NCBI GenBank assembly: GCA_964016885.1
Contig: OZ024744.1
Span: forward strand, 61,380,001 to 61,444,000
Reading direction: 5' to 3'
Length of the DNA stretch: 64,000 nt
DNA from: Eledone cirrhosa
Taxonomy: Eukaryota
A program made the translations under genes and the position numbers. Positions 1-10,606 of this stretch are shown piece by piece. How positions within the stretch are numbered: the stretch's first letter is position 1; the number at the start of each line of letters is the position of its first letter. The notes below the pieces were generated by a model. The model was given only the letters and a program-made list of their open reading frames with translations, did not search any database and was not told the origin of the DNA.

Positions 1-139
1 GTACTTTATTTTATCGACCCCGTAAGGATGAAAGGCAAAGTTAACCTTGGCGGGATTTGAACTCAGAATGGCAAGGCCCGTAACTCTATGCGTCAAAGCA
101 TGGCTTCCGACCCTCTACCGATACTGCCAATCCACCACA
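1..139 (-). mobile_element. tRNA-derived SINE, family S1 (cut by the window edge)
   Basis: Same sequence as the copies at 7561, 10391, 33398 and 33563. The reverse strand carries an A-box-like TGGCAGTATCGG and a B-box-like GAGTTCAAATCC. Confidence 0.75.
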
Positions 140-919
140 GTGTGGGTAAAATAATAAAATGCACTTGGTAGAACATGGAACTGTATGTAATCAAAATGCG
201 AACCCTCAGTTTGTGAAGACCTCTCCAACCATTGCTAGCAGGGAAAGTAGACGTTAAATGATGATGATTTTAAAAGTGTACATGGGAAGAATATGCCATC
301 TCGAATAACTTGTCCCAAACTTTGGCATTCAAGAGTAAAAAATTCTAAGAGGAATGGGAGGTACTGTCAGATTTATTGTATATTCTTTTTTTACTAATTA
401 CAATGTACATGTACTGTACATAATACTGGCATAATACAGTAATACCAAATGTAAATCTTTAACCAAATTGAAAATAAAGTCCAATAAATCTATAAATCAA
501 TTTCAATATTTTTAATGCAGCCTGACAAAAAGATAGCTATGTTTTCTTATGAAAATCACAGTATTGCAGTAAACATCACATCTTCATACATATGCATCAT
601 TTGTTTGTTGCTCTTTATGAAGGAGATTTCTTTCAAACAACTTGTACATATGTTGTTTTTTATTAAACATACATTTGCCAAGAATTCTATCACCACCACT
701 TCATTTGCTCAAGGCCATCTAAAAATAAAGGATAAATTTACATGGTTTTGATTTCTTCTACTTTTAATATTCTATTTCCTTTATGGCATAGAGTTATGAC
801 CCTTTACGATCTGAGTTCAAATCCTGCCGAGGTTAGTTTTGCCTTTCTTAGGTCAGTTGTCCTGGAATTAGGTCTGATGGTATCTGTCGGTAACTAACCA
901 ACACATATTCAAATTGGTC

Positions 920-1168
920 GTGCAGGTGTCATGACAAAAAAAGCACCCAGCCCACACTATAAAGTGGTCGTGTAGGCACCACGGAAAAAAAGCATCCAGC
1001 ACTCACTGTAAATGAGGTTGGTGTTAGGAAGGGCGTCCAGCTGTAGAAAGCCAAAATCAGTTCCTGTATGAGCAAGACAAGGCCAGTCAACTGGAAATTG
1101 CCCACAACAGGACAACCCGTCTAACCCATGCTAGCGTGGAAGAATGGACATAAAACGGTGATGATGAT
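920..1168 (+). mobile_element. RTE-associated 3' UTR or non-autonomous repeat with (GAT)n tail
   Basis: Contains the core GGTTGGTGTTAGGAAGGGCRTCCAGCTGTAGAAA, ~45-bp subrepeats and an AAACGGTGATGATGAT tail. The same module follows an RTE ORF end at 13974-14761. Confidence 0.65.
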
Positions 1169-1439
1169 ATATATATACGCTGATGAATTTGTTTTGCAAG
1201 GTTTTTGATATGAAATCATGTATTGAAACAAATATTTGGGGAGGGTGATATTGTTATAATATTGCCAGAAATATATAATAAAACACACTCACACTTTGGT
1301 TTGGGTTGGTTTTTGATTCTATATATTTTATATCCCTGTAGTTAATTTAGCTGGCAATCAATGTTTATCATTGATTGACCAACAGTTAAAAATATAGATA
1401 TAAATATATATATAGATTCTCATCACACACCTGTGACAT

Positions 1440-2003
1440 CATCAGTGATACTATTATGTTTCCTTCCATTGTATTGTTGTAATGTTTACTTATCCATTTT
1501 TTATTCATTTATTTACTATTTTTATCAGTTTTCTTAGTTCTATTTCAGTTGCTTCCCTTATTTGTCTACATGTTGAATCATTTCTATGTTTAGATATTAT
1601 TTTCTTGTTTATGTTGTCTATATTACCATCACGTCTTAGTCTGGTGTATTCATATAGTACCAAACCGTCTTTTTGTCCTTTTAGTTCACTCCAGTGTTGG
1701 TCTATTCCATGATTTGCTCCTGTACAGTGGGCAAATCCCTTTCATGTCCATCTCTATGAGGGTCTTATATTTCTCTGTGGCTCCTTTGTATACCCTGATT
1801 CTGTCTCTTTGGTTGTTGCCAGAGAACTGCATGGGAGAGACATATCCAACACTTCATCAATCACATGCAATTCTCTGGCTACAACCAAAGAGACAGAATC
1901 AGCCACAAAGGAGCCACGGAGAAATATAAGACCCTCATAGAGATGGACATGAAAGGAATTTGCCCACTGTACAGGAGCAAATCATGGAATAGCATGGACT
2001 AAA
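1440..2003 (-). mobile_element. Penelope-like element remnant, partly duplicated in inverted orientation
   Basis: Minus-strand reading ...KGICPLYRSKSWNR...NKKIISKHRNDSTCRQIREATEIELRK resembles the PLE linker and the C-terminal R-x-I-x-EA-x-x-I segment of the GIY-YIG domain. It has stops. 1702-1832 is inverted at 1864-1991. Confidence 0.45.
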
Positions 2004-2222
2004 CAAAAGAAGAAGAAGAAGAAGAATGCTTTCTTTATTAACCACAAGGGTTGACACAAAGTATAACATTAAGGACAACACAGGACAATACAAATAGGCA
2101 TTTCTGCATGTAAAAAAAACAAAAACAGAGTGTAACAAAAGAAAACAATGAAAAATTCCCAATGGGGGGGGGGACCTGCTTGTGGAGAAAGCCCACAAGA
2201 AAAGCTACGGTTACCCTGACCG

Positions 2223-5200
2223 CTAGGGCAAATGCCCTCTTCCAGTTTTCCTCCTACAATGGTACAGGCACACGCTCAGGGTAGACCCCTTCACATGGGC
2301 CATTCTTGCCTCTCTCACCCACCTTTTAACAAACTGGCTGGAAGTCAGCACTTCCCTCTCCACTCTGATTTTCTTCTTCAGGTGAAACCTGAAAAAGTTA
2401 ATGAGGGCATCACCGAAGAGGAAAGTACCGGTCTTCAACCCTCTCAGACACGTCCACCATACAATCTCTTTTACCATGGCCACCAGACAGATAAAAACTG
2501 CCTGCCCTTCCCGGTTAAAGGAAGAGGGCGGGGCAATCCTCACGATGGACTCAGCTGATAGCCGGATCCGTCCTACATGTGACAGCAAGTGTTCGACATA
2601 AACCCACAAATCAGCAATGCTCGGAAACTGGACGAATGCGTGCAGGATGGTTACGTCGCCCTGCGCGCATCTCGGACATGCCCGGCTGACGGCACCTCCA
2701 TGCCTGTAAAGATTATCCCGAACTGGCAAAGCTCCTCGGTAGCACTTCCAGGGATTTCTGGAAGTTGTCCATAGGCCCCAGCCCGAAAGTTCTTCCGAAG
2801 AGATTGGCTAGTTGATTTTCGTCGACACCTAGAGTTTCCCCAAGTACGTCGTCGCTCTTCCTCTCCACTAATCCTCTATAGAACGCCAAGGTGGAGTTTC
2901 CACCGATCACATTGCCCGACTGGTTGAGGGCTATGAGCGCCTGAAGACATTCCAGTCTCCAAGCGCTCCCTCTCGGTCTTCGCTTGACCTAGGACTGCAG
3001 CTCCGTCAAGAACACGAGATGGGGAAAGACGTGTCTAGCAAACGGCGACTACACCTGATCACCGTTGAGGTAGAGGTGGAGATGTCGTAGCCTGAGCGCG
3101 TGTCTGCGCACCATCAGCCACGGCATGCCCAGCCCTCCACGTAGCGGGTGTTGACAGAAGATGGACCACCTGACCATCGGAGCACGTCCCTTCCACAAAA
3201 AGCGAAAGAGCAAACGCTCCAGCGCAGATAGGCGAGGCTTAGGACAAGGCACGATGGTCAGGCGGCAGTAGATGATGGACGCGATGTTCGCATTCGCCAC
3301 ATCCGCTCGACTTTTCAGGGATAGCTTCCTCTCTGCCCATTTCTGGGTGAGAGAAAACACCCTGTTCGTCACCTCGTCCCAGTTTTGTCCGTCTGGAGGT
3401 CCGGACTGAACCAGACCCCTAGCAATTTAACCAGTCTGTCCGTCCAGCGCCCGACGACGCTGTTGGAAGGCATGGACCTGCCTCTCCAGGTGCCGAGCTG
3501 CAGGCCCACCGACTTTTCCTGGTTGATCATTGCTCTTGTCACCGCCTCCTATTCTTTTAGTGTGGTGCCGATTGCCTCAATGTGTTTGGCGTTCGACACC
3601 ATTACGGTGACATCGTCCGCATATGCGGACACGGATCTTCGGCATCCTAGTTCGCACGGGACCCCCCCCCCCCCTCAACGTCTCCGGTTTGTGCAGTAAT
3701 GGCTCGAGAGTCAATACGTATACGAGGGACAAGAGGGAACATCCTTGGCAGACCGAGCGCATGATGTTGAACGGTTCTGAAAGGTGACCGTTCACTCTCA
3801 CCACAGAGCAGATGTTGCTGTGCATGGCAGCGATCCAGCCTCTGAAGACGGGCCCAAAGCCAGCCGCCTTCAGGACTGCCGCCAGATAACGATGGTTGAC
3901 CCTATCAAAAGCTTTCGACTGATCTAAATTGATCAAGGACCCACCCGTGCCAGGTTCCCTAGCTACCCTCTCCACGATGTATCGCACGAGGTGGAGGTTG
4001 TCGTGGATGGATCTGTCTGGAATGGCTTCATGTCTGCGCCTCTCCCACCAGACCACCAATGACAAGCGCCAACCTCTTTGCTAGCACCTTGGCCAAAATC
4101 TTGATCTCTGTGTTTAGCAGTGTTATGGGCCTGAAATTATCTGTTATCCCCCTTGTTCGGATGCTTTCTCAGCAGCGCCACCGCTCCTCGGCTCACAGAG
4201 CTGGGAATTCTCCCATTCTGTTGCCAGTTGCAGTAGATGTTCGCCAAGAGGCTTCCGAACAAGTCTGGCATCTGTACGTAAAGTTCATAGGGCAGACCAT
4301 CCAAAACAGGCGATTTACCCCTTGTGCAGCCAGTCATTGCCTCCCGTACTTCAGTGGCTGTTATCGGCTTTCCGCAACACTTCGCCCCAGTGGACGAGAG
4401 CCGCGGCAGTTCGTCGAGGTAGGCACTAAAGTCCATCCCTCGATCCGGCTCGCCGCTGCCCCCGAACAACTGAGCGAAGTGTTGCTGAAAAGCTTCACAC
4501 ATTTTCCCGGGATCGAGTAGCATGCGCCCGTCGTGGTCCACCAAAGACCGGATCGTGACTTTGTTGCCTTGACGCGCCTCCGCCACTCGGGTCCATTGAA
4601 CGGCTTTCGTCCCCTATGTCTGAGAGCACGCACCCTAGCTCTGACAATGCAGCCTTCGTGCTTTGCATTGAAGATTTGGTCAAGGGCCAATTTCTCTGCA
4701 AGTACGTCGGTCGCGATGCCTTTGCTAAGCGCCTCGTCTAATTTTCTAACTAGTTCTCCCTCTGCTCTATTTTTCTCTATTGCTAAAGCCTTACTAAACC
4801 TAATGGACTCTATTCTAATCGTTCTTTTCAGAGCAAACCACCATTTTTTGTTGACGATGGCCCCCGTCAACGCCCGCTTATTCGCTAATCCGGTCTCTGT
4901 AGGCCTTGCACGTTTAGCTTCCAGTAGCCGTGTCCCTGTCTATGAAGCCTATCTAAGTCAACCTCACAGATCACGAATTTGTGGTCCGTGTAGTCGACTA
5001 TACTGAAATGTGGACAGCCTATGCTAAACCTATCTATTTCTCTACAAAATACCCTATCTAGATATGATCTGGATGACCCGATGCGGTTTGTCCATGTCCA
5101 CATTGGCACATTCTGGAAATCCAGACGGTACCTGTCAGACGGTTGAAACCGTCTGAGCAGGTTTGCGAGGCTTTTACGCCCTCCACCCCTATCCACTAAT

Positions 5201-5568
5201 CCCACACAGTCCCAGCGTGCATCTAAGATCCCGTTCCAGTCGCCCACTAACAATAAAGAGCGGGACGTTCAAAGAAAGGTCTCCCGACACCGGAAGAAAT
5301 CAGGCCGCCCTGCTCCTGTCCGTATGGCGAGATCTAAACCTGTCCGAAAAATCACAGCAACTCCTCCCCCCGATCCAGGTTGGCTGGGAGATGCATACAC
5401 ATCATAGCCGCCGAAGATCAGTGCAAAGGCCCGTGCTTCAGAGATTCTGGTCTCGCTGATGGCCACCACATCTATGTCTAGTGACCTGAGGTCGTTGAGA
5501 AGGTGGCTCTGCTTCCATGACGACCCCAGATCATGCGCCTTTATGCTGCCTATTCTGAGTGAGGTCAT
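2223..5568 (-). pseudogene. Tx1 ORF2 (AP endonuclease plus reverse transcriptase), frameshifted
   Basis: APE motifs: VVAISET, LVGDWN, SYLDRVF, TDHK, GYWKLN. RT motifs: GKSPVLDGLPYE, LDQSKAFDRV, SVCQGCSL, SAYADDVT. C-terminus: ACPRC..TILHAFVQF. ORF pieces are 5269-5568, 4885-5253, 4361-4870, 4137-4586, 3577-4065, 3049-3372 and 2223-2729. Confidence 0.92.
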
Positions 5569-5691
5569 GTTGAAAAAGAGTGGAAAAAGATGGAAAAGAC
5601 CACTTACCTCACTTCTCGTAGAGGAAGGATGGCTTCTCCATCCTTCTCACTGCTTGTGGCCTTCTCCGAAAGGATGTCCTTATACATCCTC

Positions 5692-7286
5692 CTAAAGAGT
5701 GTTTGTCGGAAGTCTCTGATGTCCTTGGGGATTTTTTGTTTTAGTGTCGTGTACGTTTTCTGTGTGATGCAAGTGATTTGTATGTGTGGGGGGTGTTGTG
5801 AATTTTTGGGGTGTTGTGTAGTCTTTTTCTGTGATGCTGGTGTTGTGTTGGATGTAGTGTAATAATTGGTTGTTGTTCAAATTTAATGCTGTGTAGTGTG
5901 TATCGTTTTGGTTGTTTTGTTTTGTTGCGATAGGCCGGGGAATGGAAAATCCTCCACATGCGTTGGTTTTGGTTGTGGCGTGGTTGATGGTGGAGGTGGT
6001 GGTGCTAATTCTGGCGCGGTGGGTGGTGGTGGTGTTGGTTTTGCTACTGTTGCTGGGGTTGTTGCTACTAGAGTTGCTTCTGTTGTTGCTGCTATAGTTG
6101 TTGCTGCCATTTCTGCTGCTGCTGGTTTTTATGGTTGAGTCACTGGGGTGGGTAGAAGAGGTAGCCTCAACTTTTTAGCCTGAGGGCAGAAAGCCTTTAG
6201 GTGGGTTCCTTCGCCACAAACGACACACCTAGGCCTTCTACCCTCAACGATTACGGTGAGGTGGCTGCTGTCATTGAGGTCTATCACCTCTGGAATTTCC
6301 TCGATGTTTTTCTGGTCCGCTTGGATCAGGAACTCCATCCCAGATCCGGACCAGTTCTCCTGCTTTTCTTTTGTTACCTCAATTATTTTCATGTTGGCCT
6401 CGATGCCGGCGAGGACAGCAGCCATTAGCCGGGGAATTTCGATGGCCGGCGAAACGTGGGTCACCCTGATCTTCATGAGTCTCTGACCACAATAGCTTGG
6501 GATGAGTGTGAACTCGTCACTTCTTAATGGGGCCATGGAGTGCTCTCTGGCTTCCTGTGGGGTTCCAAAGAACACGTCCACGGTTCCATATTTCTGCCCA
6601 CGTCTGATGTGGATTTTTTCGCCCACACATGTCCCACAGCTTTTTGTATCTGGGACTCAGATGCCTGTTCCACTCGGCGTGATTTTGTGTTTATGGTCCG
6701 ATATGACACGGTGCATAGGCGCCAATGGTCCATTTTATTAGATGGGGGTTGAGGCTGACCCTGTACCCATCTTTTTTTTACCATTCTCTTGGCTTCATTT
6801 AATTCATCCTAACTTACCTTGATTGTTTCGCTTTTCTTGGCTGCTTTGGCAAATGACACATTTTGTTTTGCGCTGGTGTTGATGTTGTTGTTATTCTCAT
6901 TGTTGTTGTTGTTGTTGTTGTTGTTATTTTTAGTTTCAGTTGTAGTGGAGGTGGTGGTGGTGTCAGTGGTGTTCGGCGTGGAAGAGTCGATTCTGGGTGA
7001 ATCCATTTCGATGTCACAAGATCATTTTTTTTTGGTTCTGTTGTCGCTGTGGTGGTGGTGGTATCAGTGGTGTTCGTTGTTCTTTTTGACATTGTGGTGG
7101 TGGGGATGGCAGCTTTAACGGCTGCAGTTATTGGTAATGGCGGGAAATTCATGTCTTTATGCGGCAAATCTAAATAATTGAGACTGCTATTAATTATATT
7201 TTCAGTGTTGGGAACCGTAGCAAGGCTTACAATGGTGTTGGTGGAGGGGGTGTTGGTCTGTTAAAAACAGGAAATTTGTCGTCCAT
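5692..7286 (-). pseudogene. Tx1 ORF1 (gag-like nucleic-acid-binding protein), disrupted
   Basis: Contains CVVCGEGTHLKAFC (CX2CX4HX4C) in ORF 6129-6626 and the N-terminal SFAKAAK motif typical of Tx1 ORF1. Also has Thr/Asn/Pro low-complexity tracts. The start at 7286 is inferred. Confidence 0.8.
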
Positions 7287-7501
7287 GTTTTTTTTAAAAG
7301 AAATATTTTGTTTGATAAATAAAAAGTTTAAGTTTTGGGCTCAAGGCCCCAATATTTTTTTGTGTCCTTTTCAGAAAGCAATATATGTGAACTTATAAAC
7401 ACTTAATAACAAAAAATTTCCATAACTGGCAATTTGAAACAACTGAAAACAACAAACATTTGCGGAGCACCACGATAATACGATTTCCCACGTAGGCCGC
7501 C

Positions 7502-7561
<60 letters not shown>
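7502..7561 (+). repeat. (AAT)n microsatellite, about 20 units
   Basis: Read directly from the sequence. Confidence 0.97.
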
Positions 7562-7715
7562 TGTTTCTACTTTAGGCACAAGGCCAGCAATTACCCAGTG
7601 TATTACTGGTACTTTATTTTATCGACCCCGTAAGGATGAAAGGCAAAGTCAACCTCGGCGGGATTTGAACTCAGATCGTAAAGGGACGTAACTATGCTGG
7701 AAAGCATGGCGTCCA
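7561..7715 (-). mobile_element. SINE S1 copy lacking the tip of its head
   Basis: Matches 10391-10579. It is joined directly to the 5'-truncated Dong-like copy. Confidence 0.75.
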
Positions 7716-7718
7716 GAA

Positions 7719-10194
7719 GACAGAACTGCATGTTCGACAACAACCAGAAGATGCTGTTTGGAGACAGCTTGAAGGGAAAGAAATAGGCAACGACTTGATC
7801 CCTGAGGCGGAACAAACTAAAACATTCTGGAGAGGAATATGGGAGCAGGATATTAAACATAATGACCAGGCAGTGTGGATTGAGACAGTACAGAAGGAGA
7901 TCAGTGAACAGGCACACCAACAAACTGATTTGAGTATCACAGTTGAAACTCTTAAGGGGCAGGCCAAAAAACTAACCAACTGGAAATCACCTGGCCCAGA
8001 TGGTGTGCAGGGGTATTGGATTAAAAACATAACATCCCTCCACCCGAAACTGACAACCATGTTCAATGACTGCTTGATGTCAGGTGAGGTACCAGAGTGG
8101 TTGACAAAAGGTACCACAGTTCTGGTAATGAAAGACCGAATCAAGGGTAATGATGTTACCAACTATAGGCCTATCACATGTCTGTCCGTAATGTGGAAAC
8201 TGTTAACAAGCATTGTGTCTGAGGAAATCTACCATCACCTCCACATAAACAACTTGTTACCGGACGAACAGAAAGGATGCCGAAAGAAGTCACGTGGTAC
8301 AAAGGACCAGTTACTTATTGATAAGATGGTAATGAGGAATTGCAAGAGGAGGCACACTGGTCTTGCCATGGGATGGATAGACTACAAAAAGGCATTTGAC
8401 ATGGTGCCTCATTCTTGGATCACCAAAAGCCTGGAGATCTTCAGGGTGGCAGATAACATCAGACAGTTGTTGGTCAAAAGTATGAAGTCCTGGGAAACAG
8501 AGTTAACATCAACTGGAGAATCCTTGGGAAGCGTGAAGATCAAGAGAGGTATCTTCCAGGGAGATAGTCTGTCCCCTCTGTTGTTTGTCCTTGCCCTGAT
8601 GCCCCTGACCAGTGTACTGCGAAAAGTGAGAGCAGGATACAGGTTGGGAAAGGGAGGGCTTACCATCAAACACCTCCTCTTCATGGACGATCTTAAGCTC
8701 TTCGGGAAGAGTGAGAAGGAGTTGGATGTGCTTGTTGACACTGTCCGTATTTTCAGCAATGATATATGTATGCAATTTGGTATTAGTAAGTGTGGAGTCA
8801 TTGTGATGAGGAGGGGTAAGTTGAGCAGAAGTAACGGAATCCAGATACTAACAGGTGAGATGATAAAGGAAATTGACTCTGAGGAAGGATATAAGTATTT
8901 GGGCGTTCTGGAGGCTGATGAAATCAAGAACAAAAAATGAAGGAATTGATAAGAACTGAATACCTTTGGAGAGTAAGGAGCGTATTAAAGTCACATCTGA
9001 ACAGTAGAAATGCCATAAGTGCAGTAAATTCCCGAGCTGTGTCTATTATTAGGTACAGTACGGGAATTCTGAGATGGAATGTTGCTGAACAAAAAGAAAT
9101 GGATAGGAAGACTAGGAAGCTATTGACTATCTACAATATGTTCCACAAGAGGAGTGATGTCGATAGACTCTACTTAAGGAGATCTGAAGGTGGAAGAGGT
9201 CTTATCAGCATAGAGGACTGTGTTCAGATGGAGAAAAACAACCTACACAAATACGTGACTGATAGTAAGGAGCCAATGCTCAGAACTGTACTAAAGGAGG
9301 GGCCAATAGGCCAGGGGATGTCCAAGGAGGAAATAACATCAAGGAGAAAGAGCAGCCTTCAGGAAAAATCCCTTCATAGTACCTTCTTTGAGAAAACTGA
9401 ATTTAGAGATCCACAGACATGGAACTGGTTGAAAAGAGGAGACCTTAAAAAGGCTACAGAAGGAATGTTAATGGCTGCGCAGGAGCAGGCCCTCAAAACG
9501 AAGTGGTTGAAACACCACATTTACAAGGAGGAGGCTAGCCCACTGTGCAGGATCTGTGGAGAGAGAGAGGAGACTGTGGCTCACATTGTATCCGAGTGTA
9601 AACACCTAGCCCAGACTCACTATAAGGGCTGGAGACATGATGTGATGGGCAGGGTGATCCACTGGCACCTATGCAAAGTAAACAATTTACCACATTCTGA
9701 GAAGTGGTATGAGCATAAGCCAGAGGCGGTGATAGAAAACGATCAGGTGAAGGTGCTGTGGGATTTTAGGATACAGACGGACAAGAAACTGTAACACAAT
9801 AGACCTGACCTGGTGGTTTTGGACAAAGAAAAAAGATCGTGCCTGATTGTGGATGTGGCCTGCCCATTCGACACGAGAGTGCAAGAGAAGGAGAGGGAGA
9901 AAATTAACCGATACCAGGACTTAAAGTGGGAGGTAAAAAGGATTTGGAACTGCCATGAAGTCAAAGTGGTCCCGATTGTCATAGGCGCACTAGGGACTAT
10001 CTCAAAAAGTTTCCAGGGATGGTTAAAGAAAATTGGCCCCTTCACGCTTTTTGGAACGCTTCAAAAGGCATGCTTGCTGGGAACAGCAAGAACCCTCCGA
10101 TACGTCCTGAATATCTGAGGCTGCAGGTAGTGGCTTGATATTCATTTCAACAAACTTTCCAGTTAACTAAGATCAATGACTGAGACTCAAAGAG
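7719..10194 (+). mobile_element. R4/Dong-like RLE non-LTR retrotransposon, 5'-truncated copy 1
   Basis: RT motifs: WKSPGPDGVQGYWIK, NYRPITCL, IDYKKAFD, GIFQGDSLSP, LFMDDLKL. CCHC: CRICGEREETVAHIVSEC. RLE: PDLVV...DVACPFD...EK..KY. One frameshift near 8937 and one stop at 9792. The 3' end runs into (TAA)n. Confidence 0.9.
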
Positions 10195-10241
10195 TAATAA
10201 CAATAATAATAATAATAATAATAATAATTATTATTATTATT
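10195..10241 (+). repeat. (TAA)n tract switching to (TTA)n
   Basis: Read directly from the sequence. Confidence 0.9.
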
Positions 10242-10390
10242 TTTTTTTTTTAATTATAATCAATGTGCTGTATTAACTGGCTTACTAATGTACACTGAAT
10301 TTATTTGCCCTAGGTGTCAGGAAGACACTCGGCATATATCTCAGAAACAATAATGAAAGAAAAAAATAAAAATAATAATAATAATAATAA

Positions 10391-10579
10391 TTGTTTCTAC
10401 GTTAGGCACAAGGCCAGCAATTACCCAGTGTATTACTGGTACTTTATTTTATCGACCCCGTAAGGATGAAAGGCAAAGTTAACCTCGGCGGGATTTGAAC
10501 TCAGAATGGCAAGGGCCGTAACTCTATGCGTCAAAGCATGGCGTCCGACCCTCTACCAATACTGCCAATCCACCGCCAC
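10391..10579 (-). mobile_element. Full-length tRNA-derived SINE S1 with (ATT)n tail, embedded in (AAT)n
   Basis: The minus strand starts GTGGCGGTGGATTGGCAGTATTGGT (A box), contains GAGTTCAAATCC (B box) and ends TAGAAACAATTATT. (AAT)n lies on both sides. Confidence 0.8.
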
Positions 10580-10606
10580 AATAATAATAATAATAATAAT
10601 AATAAT

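Larger units (their letters stand above)
2027..7501 (-). mobile_element. Full-length, degenerate Tx1-like (L1 clade) non-LTR retrotransposon
   Basis: ORF1 carries a CCHC knuckle. ORF2 has APE, RT and a C-terminal zinc motif, split by frameshifts. The 3' end is AATAAAGAAAGC next to (CTT)n, and the 5' end abuts an (AAT)n tract. Confidence 0.92.

Noticed and set aside
1179-1230. Hammerhead ribozyme (CTGATGA...GAAA)
   Set aside because: No convincing stems I-III could be built around the core words.
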